Below are positions 1 to 8,869 of a DNA stretch of 64,000 nucleotides, one piece after another. This stretch comes from an uncultured candidate division Zixibacteria bacterium (GTDB lineage: Bacteria > Zixibacteria > MSB-5A5 > UBA10806), in contig CAWFQL010000016.1 of NCBI GenBank assembly GCA_963817915.1, positions 192,001 through 256,000 of the forward strand, in the 5' to 3' direction. Position 1 is the first letter of the stretch, and each line of letters opens with the position of its first letter. The notes beneath the pieces were generated by a model. The model had not been told where the DNA came from, ran no database searches, and was given only the letters and a program-made list of their open reading frames with translations. The translations under genes were made by a program, and so were the position numbers.

Positions 1-2
1 AA

Positions 3-1196
3 CAGGTATCCGAGACATCGATCGCGACAGCGTTCATGGCCGGCGATATTCATCGAAGCATGGGATTGGATTGCTCGGACTGTCACGGCGGCGATCCCAA
101 GATCGGGTTTGTCGAAAAAGATATGTCGATTTCCATGGATGAGGCAAAAGGATATAAGGCACCACCGGATAAAACATCGATTCCTGAATTCTGCGCCCGA
201 TGCCACTCGGATATTGAGTATATGAAGAAGTACAATCCGAGATTGCCCGCCGACCAGTTGCAGCTTTATAAAACATCAATTCATGGCAAGCTGCTTTACG
301 GCAATAAAGATACCAAGGTGGCGGTCTGCACCGATTGTCATGGCGCTCATGGTATCCTGCCCGCTTCGGATTCGCGCAGCAGTGTTTATCATAACAACGT
401 GCCCATGACCTGCAAGAAATGTCATTCGGACGCTTCTTACATGAAGGGGTATATGGTCAACGGCAGGCAGATCCCCACAAATCAATTTGATAATTACACG
501 AAATCTATTCATGGCGAACTGGTTCTGCAAAAGGGCGATAAATCTGCCCCGGCCTGCAACAATTGCCATGGCAATCACGGCGCGGCACCGCCATCATTGG
601 TGTCGGTATCGGCCGCTTGCGGAGAATGTCATGCTACCAATCGCGATTTTTTCAATGGCTCGCCCCACAAGGACGCCTGGAAGATACTGGGCTATCCCGA
701 ATGCGAGCAGTGTCATGGCAATCACCTTATCGTGGCAACATCGGATTCGCTATTGGGAGTGGATAAGGGAACCCTATGTATCAAATGTCATGAGCCCGGC
801 TCAGATGGATATAATGTAGCTTCAAGGTTGAAATTGTCAATCGACTCCCTGAAAATGGCTTTGGATAAAGCAGAATTAACCGTGAAAACAGCCGAGCAAA
901 AAGGTGTCGAAAGCGGACAAGCAAGCTTTGATTTAGGTCCCGCCAAGGACAATCTGACTCGTGTTCGTTCGGTGACGCATACGGTTGACACTACTCAGGT
1001 GGCGGAATTGACTGGCGACGGTATCAAAACCGCTGACAAGGTTGAGGCGACCGCTATCGCGGCATTGGGCGATATAAAAACTCGCCAGATCGGATTAGCG
1101 GTATCGCTGATTTTGGTATTATTTATGGCGTTTGCGCTCTGGCGAAAAATCCGCAAGGTCGATAGCGAAACAGATTTTGAAGTGAAGAGCAAGTAG
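3..1196 (+). CDS. Membrane-anchored multiheme c-type cytochrome (5' partial)
   Basis: Eight CxxCH motifs (CSDCH, CARCH, CTDCH, CKKCH, CNNCH, CGECH, CEQCH, CIKCH), a helical region, then a C-terminal TM helix (IGLAVSLILVLFMAFALW). The frame is open back to the window edge. Confidence 0.9.
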   Translation, partial: QVSETSIATAFMAGDIHRSMGLDCSDCHGGDPKIGFVEKDMSISMDEAKGYKAPPDKTSIPEFCARCHSDIEYMKKYNPRLPADQLQLYKTSIHGKLLYGNKDTKVAVCTDCHGAHGILPASDSRSSVYHNNVPMTCKKCHSDASYMKGYMVNGRQIPTNQFDNYTKSIHGELVLQKGDKSAPACNNCHGNHGAAPPSLVSVSAACGECHATNRDFFNGSPHKDAWKILGYPECEQCHGNHLIVATSDSLLGVDKGTLCIKCHEPGSDGYNVASRLKLSIDSLKMALDKAELTVKTAEQKGVESGQASFDLGPAKDNLTRVRSVTHTVDTTQVAELTGDGIKTADKVEATAIAALGDIKTRQIGLAVSLILVLFMAFALWRKIRKVDSETDFEVKSK

Positions 1197-1220
1197 GGCC
1201 AAATTTAATTGGCATCTAAG

Positions 1221-1249
1221 AGGCGGCGATTTCGATTGCCGCCTTTTTT
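1221..1249 (+). terminator. Intrinsic terminator of the cytochrome gene
   Basis: AGGCGGCGAT-TTCG-ATTGCCGCCT followed by a T tract. Confidence 0.85.
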
Positions 1250-1265
1250 ATTTGCAGGGCGTTTT

Positions 1266-1444
1266 GCCGGGTCGTAGTCCCGACATGAAATGTCGGGGCG
1301 TGAACCATTCGGCCAGAAAATTCAGCAAATAACATCTGTAACGAAATTTTACCATTAAGCAATGTCCGTTGTTCTAATATCATCAGGTTCACGCCCGTCA
1401 AGGTTCGGATTCTCAATCCGAACTTTGACGGACTACGACCCGGC
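1266..1444. repeat. REP-doublet/REPIN-like element, family 2, copy A
   Basis: Two inverted units with scaffold GCCGGGTCGTAGTCC-[hairpin]-GGGCGTGAACC (1266-1306 on +, 1386-1444 on -); a related copy lies at 37148-37271. Confidence 0.8.
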
Positions 1445-1567
1445 TCAATAAAAATTTGCGAATATATACATCGGATTTAGATTTCTCCCGTATATAATTT
1501 TAGGCATAATTCCCTTGCTCTCGGTATTGTGGCAGGCGATACTACTGTAAACTGAAAGGAGACAATA

Positions 1568-2071
1568 ATGATAATTTCGATTAATGATTTCAAACAGACA
1601 TGGGGGCGGGAGCTTGAAAACACATCGAAAATGATGGCCGAGCTCACCGACAAATCTCTCAGTCAATCAATCGCCAATGACCACCGGACCCTGGGACGTA
1701 TCGCCTGGCATCTGACAACCGCAATTCCAGAGATGATGGAGCGAACAGGACTAAAGATAGAGGGCGTCAAAGCCGATGCGCCGCTTCCCAAAACAGCCGC
1801 GGAAATAAAAAATGGTTACGATCAGGCATCCAAATCGCTTTTGGAGCAGGTAATCAAGAACTGGAAAGATGAAACACTAATGGTCATCGACGAAATGTAT
1901 GGCATGAAATGGCCCAAAGGTTTGACTCTTAGAATCCTCATGGATCATGAAATTCATCATCGCGGCCAGATGACTGTCTTGATGCGTCAAGCGGGCCTGA
2001 AGGTACCGGGAGTTTATGGACCATCGAAAGATGAATGGGTCAATTACGGAGCCAACCCGCCGCAGATTTGA
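1568..2071 (+). CDS. DinB/YfiT-like superfamily protein
   Basis: RTLGRIAWHL and HEIHHRGQMTVLMRQAG motifs; GAAAGGA RBS. Confidence 0.9.
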   Translation: MIISINDFKQTWGRELENTSKMMAELTDKSLSQSIANDHRTLGRIAWHLTTAIPEMMERTGLKIEGVKADAPLPKTAAEIKNGYDQASKSLLEQVIKNWKDETLMVIDEMYGMKWPKGLTLRILMDHEIHHRGQMTVLMRQAGLKVPGVYGPSKDEWVNYGANPPQI

Positions 2072-2126
2072 CAAAGAAACGCTTGGTTTGATAAATCAAA
2101 CCGCTACCCCTGTAATAAGAAATAAT

Positions 2127-2154
2127 AAAGGCGAGGAAGATCATCCTCGCCTTT
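2127..2154. terminator. Probable bidirectional terminator between convergent genes
   Basis: AAAGGCGAGGA-AGATCA-TCCTCGCCTTT. Confidence 0.75.
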
Positions 2155-2176
2155 CACTTTTCAAATATGACGAAAT

Positions 2177-4450
2177 CTACTTCATCAAAATCATCTTCTT
2201 GGTTTCGCTTCTATCGCCTGCCGTGAGCCGATAGAAATATATTCCCGATGATAATTCGCTGCCATTCCAAACTACATCGTTTTGCCCGGCCTTCATATAA
2301 CCATCATGAAGCGTAGCGACCTTCTGCCCGAGCATATTGAATATTTCAAGGCGGATATTACCCGGTTCCGCAAGGCGAAATTCGATTACGGTGGTGGGAT
2401 TGAACGGGTTGGGATAATTTCCAATCAGCGAGAAATTCGATGGGACAGGATTATTATCAACGACACCGGTCTGGTTTTGAATATTTACTGTAAAGTCCTG
2501 ATCATCAGTTTGATGAGGGCTGGAAGAATCAGTCGCCCTTATCGTAAATGAATAATCGCCAATCGTTGTAGGCGCGCCGCTTAATTCGCCGGTATTAGCA
2601 TCCAGTGTAAGTCCCGGAGGAAGGGTTCCCGCCTGAAGTGAGAATGTATACGGGCCGGTACCGCCTCTGGCTTCGATCGTATCATCGAATACAAGGCCGA
2701 CATAACCGCCAGGCAAAGACGTGGTTACTATATTTAGCCTGTATTGTTCGCTTCTGGAATCCCTGAGAATGTAGGTGTATTTATCGAATGCAACTGTAGT
2801 TGGATTGCCATTAACGAGAAAGCGATAATCGCCGATTCGAGAATTGTTAAATACGGTTACCATAGTATCGACGCCGCTGATTCTCGGATATATCCTGATT
2901 GGCATGGTGAAGACATTAGGTGCAGGTGTAGTCTGGGTTTGACGGATATGCAGAAATACTTCATACTGCCCGTTGCCCTTATCTTCTTTCATCCAGGAAT
3001 AACTATACGACGGACGATTCATACCCCAAACCCATTCATCGAAGAACCAGCCCAAGTCGCCGCCGTAAAACGGCTCCATCGCATGCTGAAAACCGCGGGT
3101 CGTAATTGTGCCATACATGAAATTGGGATTGTTCGCATAGGCGCGCATGCCATTGAAAAAGGCGCTATCGCCCATGACTCCCCGGAGCTGATGCAGAACC
3201 CATGCACCCTTATTATATACTGTATTGCCATCAAAAAGCGGGTCGGGATTATAAATCGGACCGCTGGGATCATAGACGCCGTTACTGGAAGTCATGTAGT
3301 TGATATAGGCTGTATGGCCACTAATACTTTCCGTATAAAGAGCCTCGCAATACGACGCAAATCCCTCGTTCATCCAGATATCAGGCCAGATATCGCAAGT
3401 AATCATATCGCCGAACCACATATGTGAAAGCTCGTGGACTAATATCCAATCATACGAATGATTTCCAGTGATCAGGCTGGAACCATAGCTGGTATTAGTC
3501 TGATGCTCCATGGCGCCGCCCCAGGGGAATATCGAATGACCGTATTTTTCGCGAATAAACGGATACTCTCCAAATAATCCGGCATAAATCCCTATAGCCG
3601 CGGGAGTGATATTCAGATCTTCAACGGCCTGATTGTAATGCTCCGGATAGACATAGTTTGTGACGGGCATCGAATCGCCGCCGATACTGCTATGATACCA
3701 ATCAGTAAAGCTTTGATAATTGGTTATTGAAACGCATATAAGATAGGTCGTGATCGGATAAGAAACATGCCAATGGAAAGTGCGCGTATTGTTGCCATTG
3801 TCCTGGTTGCTGACCAAAAGGCCATTGGATGTGGCGGTTTGATTCAACGGGACAGTGATATAGACGTCAGAAGAATCGGCTTTATCGTGGGGTTGGTCTT
3901 TGCATGGCCACCATTCGCGGGCGCCTTCCGGCTCGGAAAGACTCGATATGATCGGCTGTCCATTATGCGTATTCCAAGTGAACGAACCAAAACCGCTTCC
4001 GGGCGGAGTGCCATGATAATACACCACCGTGGTGAACGCTTCGCCGCTGTTATACGTCCTATCGAGCGTGACAGTGAGAATATGGCCAACATGACTGAGC
4101 GGGGCAACCTGCCCATTGATTCGGGCTGAATCAGCAATCATATCGGAATGAAAATTATAATCGACCGTCGAGACACCATTCACAACCGCCTGAGATGTCA
4201 TCGTAACTTTGCCGGATATGACTTGGCTCGTCATATTCGTAATATAGATTCTTAATTCCCAGTATTTGACATCGAAATCGGTTTGATCGAGAATGGTGCC
4301 CGGCGAAGTTCGAGCCTTCAGCATTTCATAGTATTTCGACTTCATCTGAAATTCTTCATTTCTGAATTGCTGCTGGTTCAGCTCCTGAGCGAATATCGCA
4401 CTCGCCATCAACACCAAGCACGCCATAATCAATAGAGATTTAAACTTCAT
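2177..4450 (-). CDS. Secreted M1-family zinc aminopeptidase with Ig-like domain and T9SS-type C-terminal sorting domain
   Basis: Signal peptide; GAMEH, HELSH and NEGFASY motifs; Ig-like GTLPPGLTLD..TGELSG segment; C-terminal NYPNPFNP...SGIYFYRL..KKMILMK. Confidence 0.9.
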   Translation of the reverse strand: MKFKSLLIMACLVLMASAIFAQELNQQQFRNEEFQMKSKYYEMLKARTSPGTILDQTDFDVKYWELRIYITNMTSQVISGKVTMTSQAVVNGVSTVDYNFHSDMIADSARINGQVAPLSHVGHILTVTLDRTYNSGEAFTTVVYYHGTPPGSGFGSFTWNTHNGQPIISSLSEPEGAREWWPCKDQPHDKADSSDVYITVPLNQTATSNGLLVSNQDNGNNTRTFHWHVSYPITTYLICVSITNYQSFTDWYHSSIGGDSMPVTNYVYPEHYNQAVEDLNITPAAIGIYAGLFGEYPFIREKYGHSIFPWGGAMEHQTNTSYGSSLITGNHSYDWILVHELSHMWFGDMITCDIWPDIWMNEGFASYCEALYTESISGHTAYINYMTSSNGVYDPSGPIYNPDPLFDGNTVYNKGAWVLHQLRGVMGDSAFFNGMRAYANNPNFMYGTITTRGFQHAMEPFYGGDLGWFFDEWVWGMNRPSYSYSWMKEDKGNGQYEVFLHIRQTQTTPAPNVFTMPIRIYPRISGVDTMVTVFNNSRIGDYRFLVNGNPTTVAFDKYTYILRDSRSEQYRLNIVTTSLPGGYVGLVFDDTIEARGGTGPYTFSLQAGTLPPGLTLDANTGELSGAPTTIGDYSFTIRATDSSSPHQTDDQDFTVNIQNQTGVVDNNPVPSNFSLIGNYPNPFNPTTVIEFRLAEPGNIRLEIFNMLGQKVATLHDGYMKAGQNDVVWNGSELSSGIYFYRLTAGDRSETKKMILMK

Positions 4451-4728
4451 TTTTTACCTCTTTTTGAAGACAATTATTCTATGGTATTTCATACTATATG
4501 TAAGGTAATCATGACAGGAAATTTGTCAATTGCTATTTTCATACAATATGTGGAATTAATGACGAAAACTTGCAGCCTAAACCATTGAAAGATAACGAAA
4601 TAAGTGAATTCCAGTCGTCGCCATCCCAGCGCACTATGCTTTTTATCAGAAAAAGCGGTGAAAAAGGATGATTCCACCATATTGAAGCCAAAGAAATCAA
4701 GAAATGGCATTTCCATAATATGAATAAC

Positions 4729-4770
4729 AAAAAAAAGAATCGCAGGGATTCAAAATTTTAAATCCCCGCG
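4729..4770 (-). terminator. Intrinsic terminator of the ABC exporter operon
   Basis: Minus strand CGCGGGGATT...AATCCCTGCG followed by ATTCTTTTTTTT. Confidence 0.7.
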
Positions 4771-4857
4771 TGAAATAGTTCAATAAAATCTTATTTCAGA
4801 TCCCGGATGAGTCAATTTTGGAAACCGCCATCGAGAAGTGTCAAAAGGCACGCAATA

Positions 4858-6657
4858 TTAATTCTCAACTACCTGCTCTTCCAAGCGATACTTGCTGTAA
4901 ATCCTGCCATAGACTCCCTGTTGCGCGATCAAATCCTGATGTGAACCCGATTCTACTATTTTGCCATTATCCAAAACATAGATTGTATCGACGTGTTCGA
5001 GAGTATCAGGCCGATGCGTAATAATTATCGCCGTCAATCCGGGCATGACCTCCTCCAATCTTCTCCAAAGCGCCGCTTCGGTACGTGAATCGAGCGCGGA
5101 CGTACAATCATCGAGAATCAGGATTTTCGGCTTACCAACCAAGGCCCGCGCCAGAGCTAATCGTTGTTTCTGACCTCCGGAAATAGACATACCGCGCGTT
5201 CCGATCAACGTATCAAGGCCCTTGGGGAATGATTCGATTTCGCCTTTAAGCTGGGCGACATCAATAGCCCATTCCATGAGTGAATCGGGAATATTATTTC
5301 TCCCGAATAAAATATTATTGCGAATAGTATCGCTGAAAAGCGCCGGCTCCTGAGGAACATATCCAATAACACTCCTGAGGTCTTTCAGACGATAGTTTCG
5401 CAGATCGATTCCGTCGAGCGTTATCGAACCTGATGTAGGATCTACCAATCTGGGGATCATATTGATTAGCCAGCTTTTCCCGGAGCCGATCTTGCCAACT
5501 ATGGCGATAGTCTTTCCTTTCGGTATTTCAAATGAGATGTTATCGATAATTTTCCTAGATGAGCCGAAGAACGACAAATCGACATTTCGAAAGGCGATTT
5601 GGCCGGTAAATTCCTTATCGATAGAAATATTGCCCTCGTCTTTAATCATAGGCGCCACCTTTTCAAGCTCTACGAGCCTACCTATTGAGACGGCCGATTG
5701 CCTCGATTTTACCAGAAACTGGCCGATATCGAACATCGGGAATACTAGATATATCACGTAGTAAATGAAGGCTATCATCTTGCCCAATGAAAGATTCGAC
5801 TTGATCACCATATATCCGCCGGCGAGAAGCACGATTATGATTCCGACCTGCCAGATATACATGTAAAGCCCGTCGACAATTGTCCCGGTTTTTACTGCCG
5901 ATATTTCAGCTTCGCGCCTTGCCTCAATTGCTTTCTTGAATTTCCCTTTTTGGATCGCCTCTTTGACATACGCCTTGACCACCCTGATTCCGGAAAAGCA
6001 GGATTCCATAACGTCGTTGAAATTGGAAATACTTACCTGCAAATGATCATATCGTTTTTCCAATAGCGTAGAGCTCTTGAAAAAAATGATTATCAAGAAA
6101 GGCAACGGCCCCACTGAGAGAAGAGTAAGAACAGGATCAATTGAGATCATCATCGCAATAGTGAAAATCACCAATATCATGGCCTCATAGAATCTGAATA
6201 TACCCGAGCAGGCAAACCACGAGAGCTTTTCGGCAACATCGTCTGTCATTCTGGTAACAAGATCACCGGTCCGGAAACGATTGAAAAAATCGGGCCCTTT
6301 GAGTGTAATTCCATCGAATGCGGCCTGCCTGAAGAGCCATTCCAATTTCAGATTCATCCAGGCGCGATGAGATTGCACATAGGCATACAGCGCGAACGCG
6401 AATAGTCCCATTACGACGATAGTAAGCGTAAATGTCGCGGGCGCGGAAAGCCCGAAACTTTCGCCGATTTTACTGAGCGGAATCGCGTAGCTATCATCCG
6501 CCACAACTCCAGTCTTAACATAGTCGATAGTGAATTCTATCAGCCGCGGTAGCGATATGAACAATATCGCCTGAACCGGAGTCAGCAGAATCAGGACTGC
6601 CAGGACATATGGATATTTTTTATAGTACTGCCAAAACCATTTTATCTTATCACGCAT
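4858..6657 (-). CDS. Heterodimeric ABC exporter subunit 2 (TMD+NBD, degenerate Walker B)
   Basis: GKIGSGKS, ISGGQKQ, ILILDD (Asp in place of the catalytic Glu). Likely start is ATG 6657, overlapping the upstream stop, with a GGAG RBS. Confidence 0.9.
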   Translation of the reverse strand: MRDKIKWFWQYYKKYPYVLAVLILLTPVQAILFISLPRLIEFTIDYVKTGVVADDSYAIPLSKIGESFGLSAPATFTLTIVVMGLFAFALYAYVQSHRAWMNLKLEWLFRQAAFDGITLKGPDFFNRFRTGDLVTRMTDDVAEKLSWFACSGIFRFYEAMILVIFTIAMMISIDPVLTLLSVGPLPFLIIIFFKSSTLLEKRYDHLQVSISNFNDVMESCFSGIRVVKAYVKEAIQKGKFKKAIEARREAEISAVKTGTIVDGLYMYIWQVGIIIVLLAGGYMVIKSNLSLGKMIAFIYYVIYLVFPMFDIGQFLVKSRQSAVSIGRLVELEKVAPMIKDEGNISIDKEFTGQIAFRNVDLSFFGSSRKIIDNISFEIPKGKTIAIVGKIGSGKSWLINMIPRLVDPTSGSITLDGIDLRNYRLKDLRSVIGYVPQEPALFSDTIRNNILFGRNNIPDSLMEWAIDVAQLKGEIESFPKGLDTLIGTRGMSISGGQKQRLALARALVGKPKILILDDCTSALDSRTEAALWRRLEEVMPGLTAIIITHRPDTLEHVDTIYVLDNGKIVESGSHQDLIAQQGVYGRIYSKYRLEEQVVEN

Positions 6658-8458
6658 AATTTGCAACTCCATTTCTATTTTTAAATTGGAGGTGGAAAAG
6701 CTTCGAGTAGTATCCATTTTGCAGGATCAACTCTGTGTGAGTGCCTTTTTCGACAATCTCGCCTTTCCTGATTACGAGAATTTCATCGACATCGAGTATA
6801 GTTGAAAGTCGATGAGCAATGACTAATGATGTCCTGCCTTCCATCATCTTCTTCAATGACGATTGAATCGACCTTTCGGTCTCGGGGTCGACCGAACTCG
6901 TGGCTTCATCCAATACAAGGACATCAGGATTTATCACCAGAGCCCTAGCGAATGACAATAATTGCCGTTCGCCGCGGCTGAGATTGGCGCCTTTTTCGGA
7001 TATCTGAGTTTTATATCCTTCCGGCAGCCTTCGGATAAATTTATCGGCATCCACCGTGGTTGAGGCGGAAACGATGCTGCTATCGCTGATATCATTTGAT
7101 TCCAAAGCTATATTGGAATTGAAATCTCCCGGGAATAAAATAATGTCCTGCAGAACCAACGCGAAACGTTGCCTGATATCGGCCTGAGATATTTCGCGGA
7201 TATCAATCCCATCGATAGTTATTCTTCCTCTTTGCGGATCATAGAATCTGAGCATGAGATTAATCACAGTGGATTTCCCTCCACCGGTTACTCCTGCCAG
7301 GGCGACCCGCTTGCCCAAGGGAATATCAAAACTCACATTCTTCAGCACATAGTTGCCGTCATTGTCGTACGAGAACCAGACATTCTCGAATTTTATCCCT
7401 TTTTCAAGTTTTTTCCATCTTACAGGCACGGCAGCATCGATCAATTTTGACTCATTAGAAAGCAATGCAAATATTCGTTTGGCGCCCGCGAATGACTTCT
7501 GGATTGTCGCCAACTGATCGGATAAGCGATAAAGCGGCTCGAATACGCGCCAAATCAAAACAAGAAACATGCTGATAATGCCTACGGTAATTACTCCCGA
7601 ACCTATCCAAATTGCGCCAAAATACAGGGTGGTCGCGATCATTATGTATTGCAGGAAAAATATCGAGTTGAAAAACAGGCAGACGACTATTTCCGCGTAG
7701 GACGCGTCTTTGAATTTGAGGGCGTTGGCGTGATTGACTCTTTCACGGGCATACTCTCCTCGATGAAATATCTGGACAATCGATATTCCCTGCAAAAACT
7801 CAGTCAGCGATGCCGTAATATCGGCCGTTTTTTTTCTGATCTCGAAAAACCTTGACGCGGTTTGCTTCTGAAAAATGTATGTTAAAAAAACAACCACCGG
7901 TATCATGCACAATAGTATCGATGCCAATCGCCAGCTGTAATAATACATCACTCCAAATACTCCGACGATAAGAATCAGATCGCCGATCAGGAGTACGATT
8001 GCATTGGTAAAAAGCATCCTTAGAGATTCAGTATCGGATTCGATTCGCGACATGAGTCTTCCGACCGGATTTTTATCGAAAAACGAGATATCAAGAGAAA
8101 GCAGATGATCAAATAGCTTCGACTTCAGATCGACCATTACGTCCTGCCCGATCATTTCGAGCTTTATTCTCTGAATATATTGAAGTATAACGGTCGCTAC
8201 CTGAATCAGCGCAATTCCCGCGACTGTAAATATCAGGCCATTGAGGTCGCCGTTTTTAATATTAACATCCAAAGCTCTTTTGAGCAGAATCGGCCAAACC
8301 AAAGAAAGCACGGTTGCCGCTGATAATAATACCAGGCAGAATATCAGTCCGAAGCGATGGCTCTTGAGAAAAGGCAGGAGGCCCTTGAACGCCTGGCTGG
8401 CACTGACAGACTCAGATTCAATTTTTATTGTTTCTTTTTCGATAATTTCGCTGCTCAT
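6650..8458 (-). CDS. Heterodimeric ABC exporter subunit 1 (multidrug/lipid exporter type, BmrCD/TM287-288-like)
   Basis: N-terminal TM domain; GVTGGGKS, LSRGERQ, VLVLDEATS, IAHRLST. Confidence 0.9.
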   Translation of the reverse strand: MSSEIIEKETIKIESESVSASQAFKGLLPFLKSHRFGLIFCLVLLSAATVLSLVWPILLKRALDVNIKNGDLNGLIFTVAGIALIQVATVILQYIQRIKLEMIGQDVMVDLKSKLFDHLLSLDISFFDKNPVGRLMSRIESDTESLRMLFTNAIVLLIGDLILIVGVFGVMYYYSWRLASILLCMIPVVVFLTYIFQKQTASRFFEIRKKTADITASLTEFLQGISIVQIFHRGEYARERVNHANALKFKDASYAEIVVCLFFNSIFFLQYIMIATTLYFGAIWIGSGVITVGIISMFLVLIWRVFEPLYRLSDQLATIQKSFAGAKRIFALLSNESKLIDAAVPVRWKKLEKGIKFENVWFSYDNDGNYVLKNVSFDIPLGKRVALAGVTGGGKSTVINLMLRFYDPQRGRITIDGIDIREISQADIRQRFALVLQDIILFPGDFNSNIALESNDISDSSIVSASTTVDADKFIRRLPEGYKTQISEKGANLSRGERQLLSFARALVINPDVLVLDEATSSVDPETERSIQSSLKKMMEGRTSLVIAHRLSTILDVDEILVIRKGEIVEKGTHTELILQNGYYSKLFHLQFKNRNGVANYA

Positions 8459-8511
8459 AATATTACTTTCCGAAAACGGTTATTGGGCTGTGTTTCCATC
8501 ATCGGACAGGC

Positions 8512-8548
8512 AAATAAAAACCCGCCGAGTCTTTTCGATGCGGCGGGT
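8512..8548 (-). terminator. Attenuator terminator in the ABC exporter leader
   Basis: Minus strand ACCCGCCG-13 nt-CGGCGGGT-TTTTATTT, lying between the leader ORF and the ABC start. Confidence 0.8.
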
Positions 8549-8570
8549 GTCAGTTCCATTTTAATTTATG

Positions 8571-8648
8571 TCAGATAATAGACAGACTACTCCCGCCGGG
8601 GAAATTGCCATTTGCGGCAACCGGTAATTTTATATTTGAATTAATCAT
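8571..8648 (-). CDS. Putative 25-aa leader peptide MINSNIKLPVAANGNFPGGSSLSII
   Basis: GAGGAG RBS; ATG at 8648, TGA at 8573-8571. Contains CGGCGGG (8592-8598), complementary to the 5' arm of the downstream terminator. Confidence 0.6.
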   Translation of the reverse strand: MINSNIKLPVAANGNFPGGSSLSII

Positions 8649-8787
8649 TTTCCCAATTCTCCTCGGCTCAATAGTCCTGAAAGAAATACGATAATTTCTT
8701 TTGCTGGTTTCAAGATATTTTTAATAATTTTAAATGTCAACAAAAATAATTGCGGCTTTTCCCAAAAACATTTCTCTTTAGCAAGCA

Positions 8788-8820
8788 AAATGAAAGGCCG
8801 TCGTTTACAGCGACGGCCTT
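8788..8820 (-). terminator. Intrinsic terminator of the C25 peptidase gene
   Basis: Minus strand AAGGCCGTCG-CTGTAAA-CGACGGCCTT-TCATTT. Confidence 0.75.
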
Positions 8821-8869
8821 CAAGAGAATTAACTTTTGATAATGATTATCAGTTAACCTGGGAATTCGA

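Noticed and set aside
2744..3427. Long antisense/overlapping ORFs in the track (e.g. 2744-3427, 22610-23119, 52714-53166, 58217-58849)
   Set aside because: They are shadows of well-supported genes on the opposite strand, with no motifs of their own.
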